Source of the DNA: Promethearchaeati archaeon
Lineage (GTDB): Archaea; Asgardarchaeota; Heimdallarchaeia; JABLTI01
Direction: 5' to 3'
Length of the DNA stretch: 14,681 nt
Assembly (NCBI GenBank): GCA_013166835.1
Contig: JABLTI010000073.1
Location: 1-14,681, forward strand
This document shows, piece after piece, positions 1 to 7,687 of this stretch; within the stretch, counting starts at the first letter, position 1, and the number at the start of each line of letters is the position of its first letter. A program made the position numbers and the translations under genes. The notes under the pieces were generated by a model. That model saw only the letters and a list, made by a program, of their open reading frames with translations. It did no database searches and was not told the origin of the DNA.

Positions 1-123
1 CTTCATTGCATCTTTATACCAGACAAGATTCACTTCCCAACCCATTACATCTTTCATGGCATATACAAGGTCGCGATCACAAGTTGATCCTGAAAATTGA
101 ACTACTATTACTCGCATTGGCAT
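1..123 (-). CDS. purQ: Phosphoribosylformylglycinamidine synthase glutaminase subunit PurQ, N-terminal 41 codons (runs off the window)
   Basis: Manual translation from ATG at 123: MPMRVIVVQFSGSTCDRDLVYAMKDVMGWEVNLVWYKDAMK, matching the PurQ N-terminal motif (VxFPGSNCDxD). GGTGA RBS at 131-135; directly downstream of purS. Not in the ORF track. Confidence 0.93.
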   Translation of the reverse strand, partial: MPMRVIVVQFSGSTCDRDLVYAMKDVMGWEVNLVWYKDAMK

Positions 124-152
124 TTTGTCTTCACCATAATTTCAAAGCAAGC

Positions 153-410
153 TTATTTTACTATCTTGATTGAACAAACATGTGCAACCGGATTGTAAAT
201 CCGAAGTTCATTAACCATATTCCAGCAGATGTCTTCTGCATCTTTCTCATTTTTTGCTTCTAAAATGACTTTCAAAATTTTCCCGCTACGAACAGAAGAA
301 ACCATGTCATAACCATGTTTAATCATTAGGTCACGCATAATTGTTTCTCCCTCAGGATCACGCGCGTTCTTTTTCCCCTCTATAATTACTTCAGCGTTAA
401 ATTTTGGCAT
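153..410 (-). CDS. purS: Phosphoribosylformylglycinamidine synthase subunit PurS
   Basis: 85 aa with DPEGETI, VRSGK and a C-terminal IYNPV motif typical of PurS; precedes purQ. Confidence 0.95.
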   Translation of the reverse strand: MPKFNAEVIIEGKKNARDPEGETIMRDLMIKHGYDMVSSVRSGKILKVILEAKNEKDAEDICWNMVNELRIYNPVAHVCSIKIVK

Positions 411-538
411 AATTTTAAAACCGCCTAAGATTCTTCGAGTGGTTTTGTTTCCACAAGTTGCGATGAGTTAAAAATGTTGCTTATTACATTGTAAAATAAA
501 AAAATGTTTTTAAAAAAGAAAAAAGATGATGAAAGAGA

Positions 539-1894
539 TTAATTCTCTTTCGACTTAACAAAATTACCAGCATCTGCCATGATATAAATAGAACCCTCAG
601 GATTCTCTGCTAAAAAGGCATTAACATAATTTCGTAGGGTTTCTTGTAGTGTTCCTTCGATCTCAATTGGATTAATTCTGAAGACTTCTTTTAGCTCTTT
701 ATGATCCATTTCAGTAATCATGTCAATTTGGTTATCCTTTAGTATTCGTAACAAATCAACTGGTTTTTGGTTACCAATTCTAAATGTCTCTTCACTGCAC
801 TTATTTGCTACGACCCAGGAAAGAGCTTCATCGAGATCCATCTCTTTGATTGCTATCATAGTATCATGATATGCTTGATTACCAACTCCGTCCTGTGCTT
901 TTGCAAGAAGTAAAATTTTACCCCCTTTCTTTGCAGCATTCCAAGCAGCATGTACGCCTTTTCCTGCCTGGTATAAATTCAAACCAAGTTCGCCTGTAGT
1001 AACAATAACTAAATCAGCTGGCTTGTTAACTTCAATAATTCTTAACGGTTTCAATAATCCTCCAGCCATTTCATGAAGAGAAATAATATTGCCAGCGTTT
1101 AACAAAGCAATCTTCTTTTCGTGAAGTATCGCATCAATACAAAAGACAGCTTTGGTCTTCATTACAATTTGAACCATTTCCTTCATGTCTTGAATAACTG
1201 GGTTTCCTTCGGTATTTCCTAATCGGCATTCAGCTTTAAATCCTGTTTCAATGGTGAAAGCTTTAGGATGATTCCTACTGATTGTTTTTCTTCCAGCAAT
1301 TCCCGGGAAGAAAGATTTCACAGTTCCCGCGACACCAGCAAAATAGTGGTATTCAGAATCTGTCAAAGCTATAATCAAACATGATTCTAAAGCAAGTTCA
1401 TTAAGAATAATAGGAGTCCCTCTACTTGAGGTGCCAATTTGCTTTACTCCTTCATCACAATTATGCACAACTACATGATCCTTGTATTTGTTCCAAATTA
1501 TTGTTCCCAAAATTTTTCTTTCAACTTCTTTCGGAGTTGGTGGACGATGAGTGCCACAAGCTACTAATATTTTCAAATCTTCAGCTGCAACTCCATACTC
1601 AATTATCTTTGGAAAGAGAATTGGTAAAAGAATTCGAGTATGTATGTTTGGTCTTGTGTTATCATCTACTAAGATGATTACAGCCTTCCCCTTTGAGTAA
1701 TTCTTCTTAATTATTTCTTCGAGTGGTGGGCTGTCAATTGTTTTTTCTAATACCTCGTAAAGTTTTTCCTTAATCTTAACAATTTCTGGAAAATCTCCTT
1801 TTATCTCGAGATACTTAGCTTTAGCATTCTTTGGAATGAAATCATTGATTTCATTTTCTCCATAATCGATAGGGGTATCCATATATTCTGCCAT
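539..1894 (-). CDS. larA: LarA-family (nickel-pincer nucleotide dependent) lactate/2-hydroxyacid racemase-epimerase
   Basis: Motifs DNTRP, GTHR, HYFAGVAGTVK, a His 16 residues after that Lys, and NLYQAGKG correspond to the conserved LarA active-site motifs. Substrate cannot be determined. Confidence 0.85.
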   Translation of the reverse strand: MAEYMDTPIDYGENEINDFIPKNAKAKYLEIKGDFPEIVKIKEKLYEVLEKTIDSPPLEEIIKKNYSKGKAVIILVDDNTRPNIHTRILLPILFPKIIEYGVAAEDLKILVACGTHRPPTPKEVERKILGTIIWNKYKDHVVVHNCDEGVKQIGTSSRGTPIILNELALESCLIIALTDSEYHYFAGVAGTVKSFFPGIAGRKTISRNHPKAFTIETGFKAECRLGNTEGNPVIQDMKEMVQIVMKTKAVFCIDAILHEKKIALLNAGNIISLHEMAGGLLKPLRIIEVNKPADLVIVTTGELGLNLYQAGKGVHAAWNAAKKGGKILLLAKAQDGVGNQAYHDTMIAIKEMDLDEALSWVVANKCSEETFRIGNQKPVDLLRILKDNQIDMITEMDHKELKEVFRINPIEIEGTLQETLRNYVNAFLAENPEGSIYIMADAGNFVKSKEN

Positions 1895-2083
1895 TTAGTA
1901 CCATCCAATGGTTTATACTTGAGTTTAAAACTTTGAATTAGTTAATTATTATGTCTTTTGATAATTTTTATTTGAAATTTTATGCCCTTTTGCTATAAAA
2001 TTTTTAAACTCAGTTACAAAGTATTTACTACTTGCTATATATAACTAATTATTGTATTAGCTTTCATAAAAGAGAAGATCTTG

Positions 2084-2419
2084 ATGAGTACACTAAAATT
2101 ATGTTCTGTTTCTGAGATCCCTGATAATGATGTTAAAACCTTTAAGATTGAAAATAAGGATATTGCTGTTTTCAAAGTTGAGGGAGAATTTTACGCAATA
2201 GATAGATTATGCACACATCTCAGGGGAAATTTAGCTAAAGGAAAACTTGATGGCAAAACAATTAAATGTCCATTACATGGGTCAGTCTTCAGTTTGAAGA
2301 CAGGTGAACTTCTTAGTCCTCCTGGTACTGTTGCTGGATGGTTTAAAAAAGCTAAAAATACCCATATTTACAAGACATCTGTGAAAGATGATTTTCTGTA
2401 TGTAGAGATCAAAGAGTAA
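2084..2419 (+). CDS. Rieske-type [2Fe-2S] ferredoxin
   Basis: CTH...CPLHGS Rieske ligand motifs in a ~111 aa protein; ATG at 2084 (TTG at 2081 is an alternative). Confidence 0.92.
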   Translation: MSTLKLCSVSEIPDNDVKTFKIENKDIAVFKVEGEFYAIDRLCTHLRGNLAKGKLDGKTIKCPLHGSVFSLKTGELLSPPGTVAGWFKKAKNTHIYKTSVKDDFLYVEIKE

Positions 2420-2457
2420 ATTCTTGGTAGTTCAAGAATTCTCTGTATACTTTTTTT
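2413..2457. terminator. Hairpin plus T-tract between convergent ferredoxin and VOC genes
   Basis: AATTCTTG (2419-2426) / CAAGAATT (2433-2440) 8-bp inverted repeat, extendable by AGAG/CTCT, followed by a T-run at 2450-2457. Confidence 0.5.
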
Positions 2458-2472
2458 CACTTGAGTTTTCAG

Positions 2473-2829
2473 TTATTTTTGAGACCAGAGACCAAGGATA
2501 TTTCCACTATTATCTTCAAAGACAGCATAGAATCCATAATCGTTTCCAATTTCTGTTTTCTCTTGGATAGTCTTCCCACCATTTTTAATGATTATTTCTA
2601 GAGTTTTTGGAATGTCTTCAACTTGAATATTCAAGTTGATTTCTCCTTTTGCTATTTTTTCTGATTCTTGGAGTGCTCCTCCAACGCCTTCTTCACCACT
2701 TTTAAAGAATGCATACCCTGGGAAACCTGTTTCAATTTGAATTTCCCACTTGAAAACACTTTCATAAAATTTTTTAGCCTTTTTGATGTCTTTACAAGGA
2801 ATTTCTATATGTATTATCTTATTTTCCAT
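2473..2829 (-). CDS. VOC / glyoxalase / bleomycin-resistance family protein
   Basis: Starting at ATG 2829 (MENKIIHIEIPCKDIKKAKKFYESVFKW...FEDNSGNILGLW, 118 aa) gives the classic VOC pattern. The 35-codon upstream extension in the ORF track looks like intergenic read-through. Confidence 0.9.
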   Translation of the reverse strand: MENKIIHIEIPCKDIKKAKKFYESVFKWEIQIETGFPGYAFFKSGEEGVGGALQESEKIAKGEINLNIQVEDIPKTLEIIIKNGGKTIQEKTEIGNDYGFYAVFEDNSGNILGLWSQK

Positions 2830-2939
2830 ACAAATCAACTCACAAATAATACATGACAACAATATTATTTTCTGTTTATATTTTTTCCACTTAATTTCGT
2901 AAGATAATTTATTTCTGAATTTTCGGATGTACACAATTC

Positions 2940-2966
2940 TTAAACTGTTGCAAGAGATTGTTTAAA
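2940..2966 (+). promoter_or_regulatory. Putative promoter of surface protein A (TATA-like TTTAAA at 2961-2966)
   Basis: 21/27 identical to 5255-5281 upstream of the paralog, including identical AGATTGTTTAAA. Confidence 0.6.
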
Positions 2967-3020
2967 TCATTTTATCACTTATAAATAATTAGAAATTATA
3001 TTGAGGTTCGATAATTAAAT

Positions 3021-3998
3021 ATGTTAATCAAGAAAAGAAATCCTATAAGCATCACATTGTTACTAATCATATTAACTGTCTTTGCAGTTAATCCCTATCT
3101 TAAAGTAGATGGAGCTGCATTCATAGGATTTAATGCAGGATTCAATGAAATTACAGTCACAACCCAAAGGATGACCTTAAAAGCTCTCGATTATAAACCT
3201 GATTTTGCTTGGTGGTATGATAATACAAGCATAACAGATGAAAAATATCGGTTGAGTTTCACGAAAATACAAGAATATTTTGGGACTGATGACTATCTCA
3301 ACAATAGTGGTGAACTTGGTGGGATAAGTTATGATCTATTAGCGAATGATTGGGACTATGAGATTATTGAAAATCCATTTAATATTATAATTAATTTAAC
3401 ACTTTCAGGGTTAGCAAATAATGTTATAATTCAATTTCTCGTTCATATCACTGAACTTGAAGTACCTATTGACAATACAACTGCATTCTTGCACCCTTTT
3501 ACTGAAGCAGAAATTACAATCATTATTAAGAATTGGAAATTTACTTCTGGAGCTGAGGGTTTAGCTTTAAAATCTGAGGTTTTTGAATCTATGGACCTTT
3601 ATTCTGTTGATATTGTGAATTATACGTATATACCTTATGACAACGTCGAAGGATTTCAAATATTAAGTGATTCTGGGTATGATTCGGAAAAAGCTCTTGT
3701 ATATTGGGTTGGAAGTGCTAATTACTATAATGATTCAAGCTTATATGATTCCAACGTAATTGGGAGTTCATACTTTAATGAAACCAATGATCCTCCGGGA
3801 GAAGATAAAATTCATCCTTGGTTTTCATATCCGAAAATCAATGATTCATTAACAATAAATCATGTATGTGTTTTTGGAATCTATGAACAAGAACCACCAT
3901 ACACATATGTTTTTGGGAGTTTAATTATTCCCATAATTGGCTCTATTCTAATTGTTAATGTACTTGTGATTGTTTTCAGGAAAAAATCCTGGAAATAA
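3021..3998 (+). CDS. Membrane-anchored cell-surface protein A (hypothetical, paralog of 5413-6381)
   Basis: N-terminal basic+hydrophobic signal, acidic beta-rich ectodomain with many N-x-S/T sequons, C-terminal TM helix and basic tail (RKKSWK). Shares KPxFxWWY, FTKIxEYFGxDD and GELGGxSYxL with the paralog. Confidence 0.85.
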   Translation: MLIKKRNPISITLLLIILTVFAVNPYLKVDGAAFIGFNAGFNEITVTTQRMTLKALDYKPDFAWWYDNTSITDEKYRLSFTKIQEYFGTDDYLNNSGELGGISYDLLANDWDYEIIENPFNIIINLTLSGLANNVIIQFLVHITELEVPIDNTTAFLHPFTEAEITIIIKNWKFTSGAEGLALKSEVFESMDLYSVDIVNYTYIPYDNVEGFQILSDSGYDSEKALVYWVGSANYYNDSSLYDSNVIGSSYFNETNDPPGEDKIHPWFSYPKINDSLTINHVCVFGIYEQEPPYTYVFGSLIIPIIGSILIVNVLVIVFRKKSWK

Positions 3999-4071
3999 TC
4001 CTTTATCTTCTCTGTGCTTATTTCCACTATCCTTTTTAGTAAGTTAACAATTATGATATTAGGTGTTTGAA

Positions 4072-4089
4072 AATAGGGTAAACCCTATT
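4072..4089. promoter_or_regulatory. Perfect 8-2-8 palindrome upstream of regulator A (candidate operator)
   Basis: AATAGGGT-AA-ACCCTATT, ending 20 nt before the ATG at 4110. Confidence 0.45.
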
Positions 4090-4109
4090 GTTATAATTGG
4101 GGATATCAG

Positions 4110-5225
4110 ATGAAGAAATCACAAATTATTGGTCTTGTACTTTTATCAACTTTCATTTTGATTCAAGTTTCCCTGCCAGCAATTTGTTTTGAGAATAATT
4201 ATCCTGAATCACCATCTTTTGTAAGTAATCTTCCCCCTAATTCTAATGAACTAATGCTACATTCTAATGGTGACTACATTATCTTTCATAACATGGAAGT
4301 GAAGATACAGTTAGATTATTCACTACATATAGAATCAACACTAGTAATTGAGAATAGTGAAAACGTAACCATTGATTACTTCCAGTATGTAATTAATGAT
4401 TCCATTAGCAATGCATTCGTTTCTGATCCTATAGGTTCTCTAGAATTTTCTTGGAATATATTTGAAGATTCTAGTGTCCTCAATATAACAATGAGGTATC
4501 CTTTACTTGAGGATCAAAAGTATGTAATAACAATTACTTACTTTCTAACCGATTTGCAACCCTTCTTCGTTGAAGAACCTTCTGAATTTTATACTCTTGA
4601 ATATGCCATTTTCCATTATTTAACTACTCAGAAGTTTGATTTAGAAATTTCTCTTCCATTAGGCTATGGTTTGATTACAGGTGAATCCCCACGACCAACT
4701 TATCCTATACCCGAACGAGTTTTCACAGAAGATAATATTGTGAAAATTTCTTGGACATCGTTGAATATTCTCCCTAAATATGAGTATTTGTATACTATTA
4801 GGTTCGAAGAAATAGGAGTAACTTTCTCAATTCCTACACCCCAATCGTATACTTACATCTATATTATACTTGCTTTCCTCGGGGGAGCAGCAGTAAGTAC
4901 GCTTGTGTTCTTCTTAATTATTAAACGAAAATATCATCCTGTAAAATCTGAGCTTGTTAGCTCATTATTATCTGATTCAGAACAAGCAGTCATAAAAGCT
5001 ATAAATGATGAAGGCGGGGTGGCGATACAGCGTCGAATTTGTGAACGCACTGGGTATTCAAAGTCAAAAGTTTCTCAAATCTTGCTGAAACTTGAAGAAA
5101 AGAACGTCTTAAAACGGGAACGATGGGGGCGAACAAACAAAGTATCTATTACAAATCCCTCTTTTCTCAACATAGAACTCGAGGGTAATGCCACTGCTCA
5201 AAAAAACAAGGACTTCAATGATTAA
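4110..5225 (+). CDS. Membrane-spanning transcriptional regulator A: signal peptide, ectodomain, TM helix, cytoplasmic winged HTH (COG2512/DUF7343-like)
   Basis: C-terminal LSDSEQAVIKAI...GG..IQRRICERTGYSKSKVSQILLKLE...RERWGRTNKV is the archaeal membrane-associated wHTH pattern; a hydrophobic TM (YIYIILAFLGGAAVSTLVFFLII) precedes it. Confidence 0.88.
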   Translation: MKKSQIIGLVLLSTFILIQVSLPAICFENNYPESPSFVSNLPPNSNELMLHSNGDYIIFHNMEVKIQLDYSLHIESTLVIENSENVTIDYFQYVINDSISNAFVSDPIGSLEFSWNIFEDSSVLNITMRYPLLEDQKYVITITYFLTDLQPFFVEEPSEFYTLEYAIFHYLTTQKFDLEISLPLGYGLITGESPRPTYPIPERVFTEDNIVKISWTSLNILPKYEYLYTIRFEEIGVTFSIPTPQSYTYIYIILAFLGGAAVSTLVFFLIIKRKYHPVKSELVSSLLSDSEQAVIKAINDEGGVAIQRRICERTGYSKSKVSQILLKLEEKNVLKRERWGRTNKVSITNPSFLNIELEGNATAQKNKDFND

Positions 5226-5283
5226 ACACTTTTTGAACCTATATTGAACCTTACTTGAACCATTGTTAAAGATTGTTTAAAAT
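5222..5283 (+). repeat. Phased 11-bp direct repeats: TTGAACC x3 with degenerate TTAAA copies in register
   Basis: TTGAACC at 5233, 5244 and 5255; TTAAACA at 5222, TTAAAGA at 5266 and TTAAAAT at 5277 continue the 11-bp register. Confidence 0.8.
5255..5281 (+). promoter_or_regulatory. Putative promoter of surface protein B (TATA-like TTTAAA at 5276-5281)
   Basis: Conserved with 2940-2966; overlaps the last TTGAACC repeat. Confidence 0.6.
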
Positions 5284-5333
5284 AAACTTCATTCTATATA
5301 CATATTAGCATACATTAACTCAGATCCTTGGGA

Positions 5334-5354
5334 ATTGAGAATCAAATTCTCAAT
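5334..5354. promoter_or_regulatory. Perfect 9-3-9 inverted repeat in the presumed 5' leader of surface protein B
   Basis: ATTGAGAAT-CAA-ATTCTCAAT. Confidence 0.5.
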
Positions 5355-5412
5355 CTTGAATTTGTGTTTATGTCTTAAAAAAAATCTTATAGCAAAATTA
5401 TGAGGATTAAAA

Positions 5413-6381
5413 ATGAAAACAAAAATAAAATTAATGATTGGTATTTCACTAATAGCGTTATTCTTCTTACCTGCTTTTACCAATTATGCATCTGCAAAAA
5501 GTGATGAAATTTCACTTAAAGAAGGCCAAGATGCCATTACAATCTCAACTAATTTTATTACTTTGAAATTAGTCGATGGTAAGCCACACTTCATTTGGTG
5601 GTATGGGAATCAAAGCACTTCAGATGAAATGTATAATGTTCAATTCACAAAAATACATGAGTATTTTGGCGCTGATGACACTCTAGACAATTGTGGAGAG
5701 CTAGGTGGTAAATCTTACAATTTAGTTACAAGTAATTGGGCTTCTGAAATCGTGGAAGACGATACATCAGTAACTGTTACCTTAACATTATCAGGTTTGG
5801 TAAATGATGCTGAATTACAATTCATAATTCATGTCTATGAAGCTAATCAACCCGTTGAAGGCACAGATCAAATTATTGACGCTCTCGCAGAAGTAAAATT
5901 TGACATCGTTGTTAAAGATTGGGTTTTCAGTGAAGGAGCTGCTGGGTTAGCAGTTAAATCTCAAGTCTTGGAATCTCAACTAAGAAACACAGTTCGTATA
6001 CGAAATGGTACTGTTGCTGAAAATGGTAATACTACAAGAACTATGCAATTTGAAAGTGGCGAATACGGTAATAAGAAAGTCGCTTTTTATGAATGGGCAA
6101 TTTTTGCTGATGTTTATGATGGAGCAAGTAAGATCTCAACAATTGATGTGGGAGAAGCATATCTTGATGAGTGCGCTCAAGGCGAAGGTCCAGGAATACC
6201 AGGAATGATTCACTTCTGGCTAACATATCCAAATTATGGTGATTCATATACCTTAAAACATGACCCATCAATAGGGATTTTTCCAGACGCGTTTATCGTT
6301 CCCCTCTACTTATTCTCAATAATTAGTGGGATAATTGCGACAGTTGCAATAGTGACTATCGTACGAAAACGAAAAACATAA
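5413..6381 (+). CDS. Membrane-anchored cell-surface protein B (hypothetical, paralog of 3021-3998)
   Basis: Signal peptide (ASA-type cleavage site), ectodomain with EVKFDIVVKDW and LKHDPSIG, C-terminal TM plus RKRKT; RBS TGAGGA at 5401-5406. Confidence 0.88.
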   Translation: MKTKIKLMIGISLIALFFLPAFTNYASAKSDEISLKEGQDAITISTNFITLKLVDGKPHFIWWYGNQSTSDEMYNVQFTKIHEYFGADDTLDNCGELGGKSYNLVTSNWASEIVEDDTSVTVTLTLSGLVNDAELQFIIHVYEANQPVEGTDQIIDALAEVKFDIVVKDWVFSEGAAGLAVKSQVLESQLRNTVRIRNGTVAENGNTTRTMQFESGEYGNKKVAFYEWAIFADVYDGASKISTIDVGEAYLDECAQGEGPGIPGMIHFWLTYPNYGDSYTLKHDPSIGIFPDAFIVPLYLFSIISGIIATVAIVTIVRKRKT

Positions 6382-6389
6382 ATTTCTTC

Positions 6390-6430
6390 GGATGTGATTT
6401 TGGTTTATTCCAAAATCACTCATCCTTATT
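6390..6430 (+). terminator. Stem-loop after surface protein B
   Basis: GTGATTTTGG (6394-6403) / CCAAAATCAC (6410-6419) perfect 10-bp stem, extended by GGAT/ATCC, followed by TTATT. Confidence 0.55.
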
Positions 6431-6500
6431 ATTCCACAGAAATTAACCAAATCGATATTATTATAATATTGTTTAATCATTCACTAGGTGTGCTAACAAC

Positions 6501-7592
6501 ATGTCTTCACGTAAAATCAAACTACTCATTATTCTCTCCATAATTTCATTTATGTCTTCAAATCTGATTAATTCTCATTATGCGGAATCAAGAGCACAAG
6601 TAACCAGTAATGATTTTTCACCACTAGTGAATACTGTCTCTTTTCTTAATCCGACATCAATTGAAAACGAAACCTTGCTAGCACACAATATGAAAGTAAA
6701 CATAAATTCTGATAATTCACTCAAAGTCACCTCAACTTTTGTTCTAACAAACAATAATAGTCAACCATTAGCTTTTTTTGCTGTTGAAATAAGCAAAAAT
6801 ATTACCTCTGTATTTTCATTTGATCCTATCGGTTCTTTGAGTTTTTCATGGATTCTTAACCAATCAACAGGAAGCTTGATTAATGTTACAATGCGTTATC
6901 CTTTGTTTCCGAGTGAAATCTATGTGTTCTCTATTTCATATCAAATTGATAATGTAATCTATTTTGTTCAGGAACCCATAGAATATTACGGATTAGATTT
7001 TGAAACCATTCATCCTCGGTCTACTGAAGTCTTCGATTTAGAAATGTGTTTGCCTGGTGAAAGTGATCTTCTTGATCAAAGTCCACCAGAACCAGTCTAT
7101 CCTCGACCAGATAGAGTCTTTGAAGAAGATAATATTGTAAAAATAAATTGGATCTTAGAAGATAGAGATTTGGATGATAATGATGTTTTCCTTATCAGAT
7201 TTGTTGTAAAAACAACTGCAATTAATCCCGGGTCTAATCTAAAACCATTATTCTATATCTTAACTTTATTAGCTGGAATAGTTTTAGGTTCTCTCACTTT
7301 GTTCTTGATTTATAAATTGAAATTTAAACCTGCTGAAAGTCTATTAGTCAGTTCTTTACTAACCAAAACTGAACAAGAAGTCATTAAGGCAATTAATCAA
7401 GATGATGGAGTTTCTACACAAAGAAGGATTTGTGAAAAAACAGGCTATTCAAAATCTAAGGTGTCTCAAATACTTCTCAAACTTGAACAAAGAAATGTCC
7501 TCGTTCGGGAACGTTGGGGAAGAACCAATAAAGTAACAATTACCGCTCCAACCTTCAAATCCATCGGAGTTTCTGAAGAGAAAACTGAATGA
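6501..7592 (+). CDS. Membrane-spanning transcriptional regulator B (paralog of 4110-5225)
   Basis: Same architecture as A; wHTH region 55/71 identical by hand alignment; ectodomain shares HNMxV, DPIGSLxFSW, NxTMRYPL and VFxEDNIVKIxW. Confidence 0.88.
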   Translation: MSSRKIKLLIILSIISFMSSNLINSHYAESRAQVTSNDFSPLVNTVSFLNPTSIENETLLAHNMKVNINSDNSLKVTSTFVLTNNNSQPLAFFAVEISKNITSVFSFDPIGSLSFSWILNQSTGSLINVTMRYPLFPSEIYVFSISYQIDNVIYFVQEPIEYYGLDFETIHPRSTEVFDLEMCLPGESDLLDQSPPEPVYPRPDRVFEEDNIVKINWILEDRDLDDNDVFLIRFVVKTTAINPGSNLKPLFYILTLLAGIVLGSLTLFLIYKLKFKPAESLLVSSLLTKTEQEVIKAINQDDGVSTQRRICEKTGYSKSKVSQILLKLEQRNVLVRERWGRTNKVTITAPTFKSIGVSEEKTE

Positions 7593-7687
7593 ATTGCTAA
7601 TAGTTGTTTATTCATTATTTATATCAATAATCTTTTTTATATTCAATAGAACTATTACTTAGAAATTAGACTATGGTTTGACTATAG

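Noticed and set aside
1426-1677. Short overlapping ORFs (also 2668-2856, 5289-5483, 6005-6208, 6041-6271, 9482-9688, 9963-10187, 10576-10776, 11324-11542)
   Set aside because: All overlap well-supported genes in another frame or strand and show no recognisable motifs.
2830-2934. 35-aa N-terminal extension of the VOC ORF
   Set aside because: The VOC fold starts at Met 2829; the extension is AT-rich divergent promoter DNA.
5222-5283. Repeats as a CRISPR array or minisatellite
   Set aside because: A 7-nt unit with 4-nt variable spacers is far too short for CRISPR, no cas genes are present, and the spacers differ, unlike a slippage repeat.
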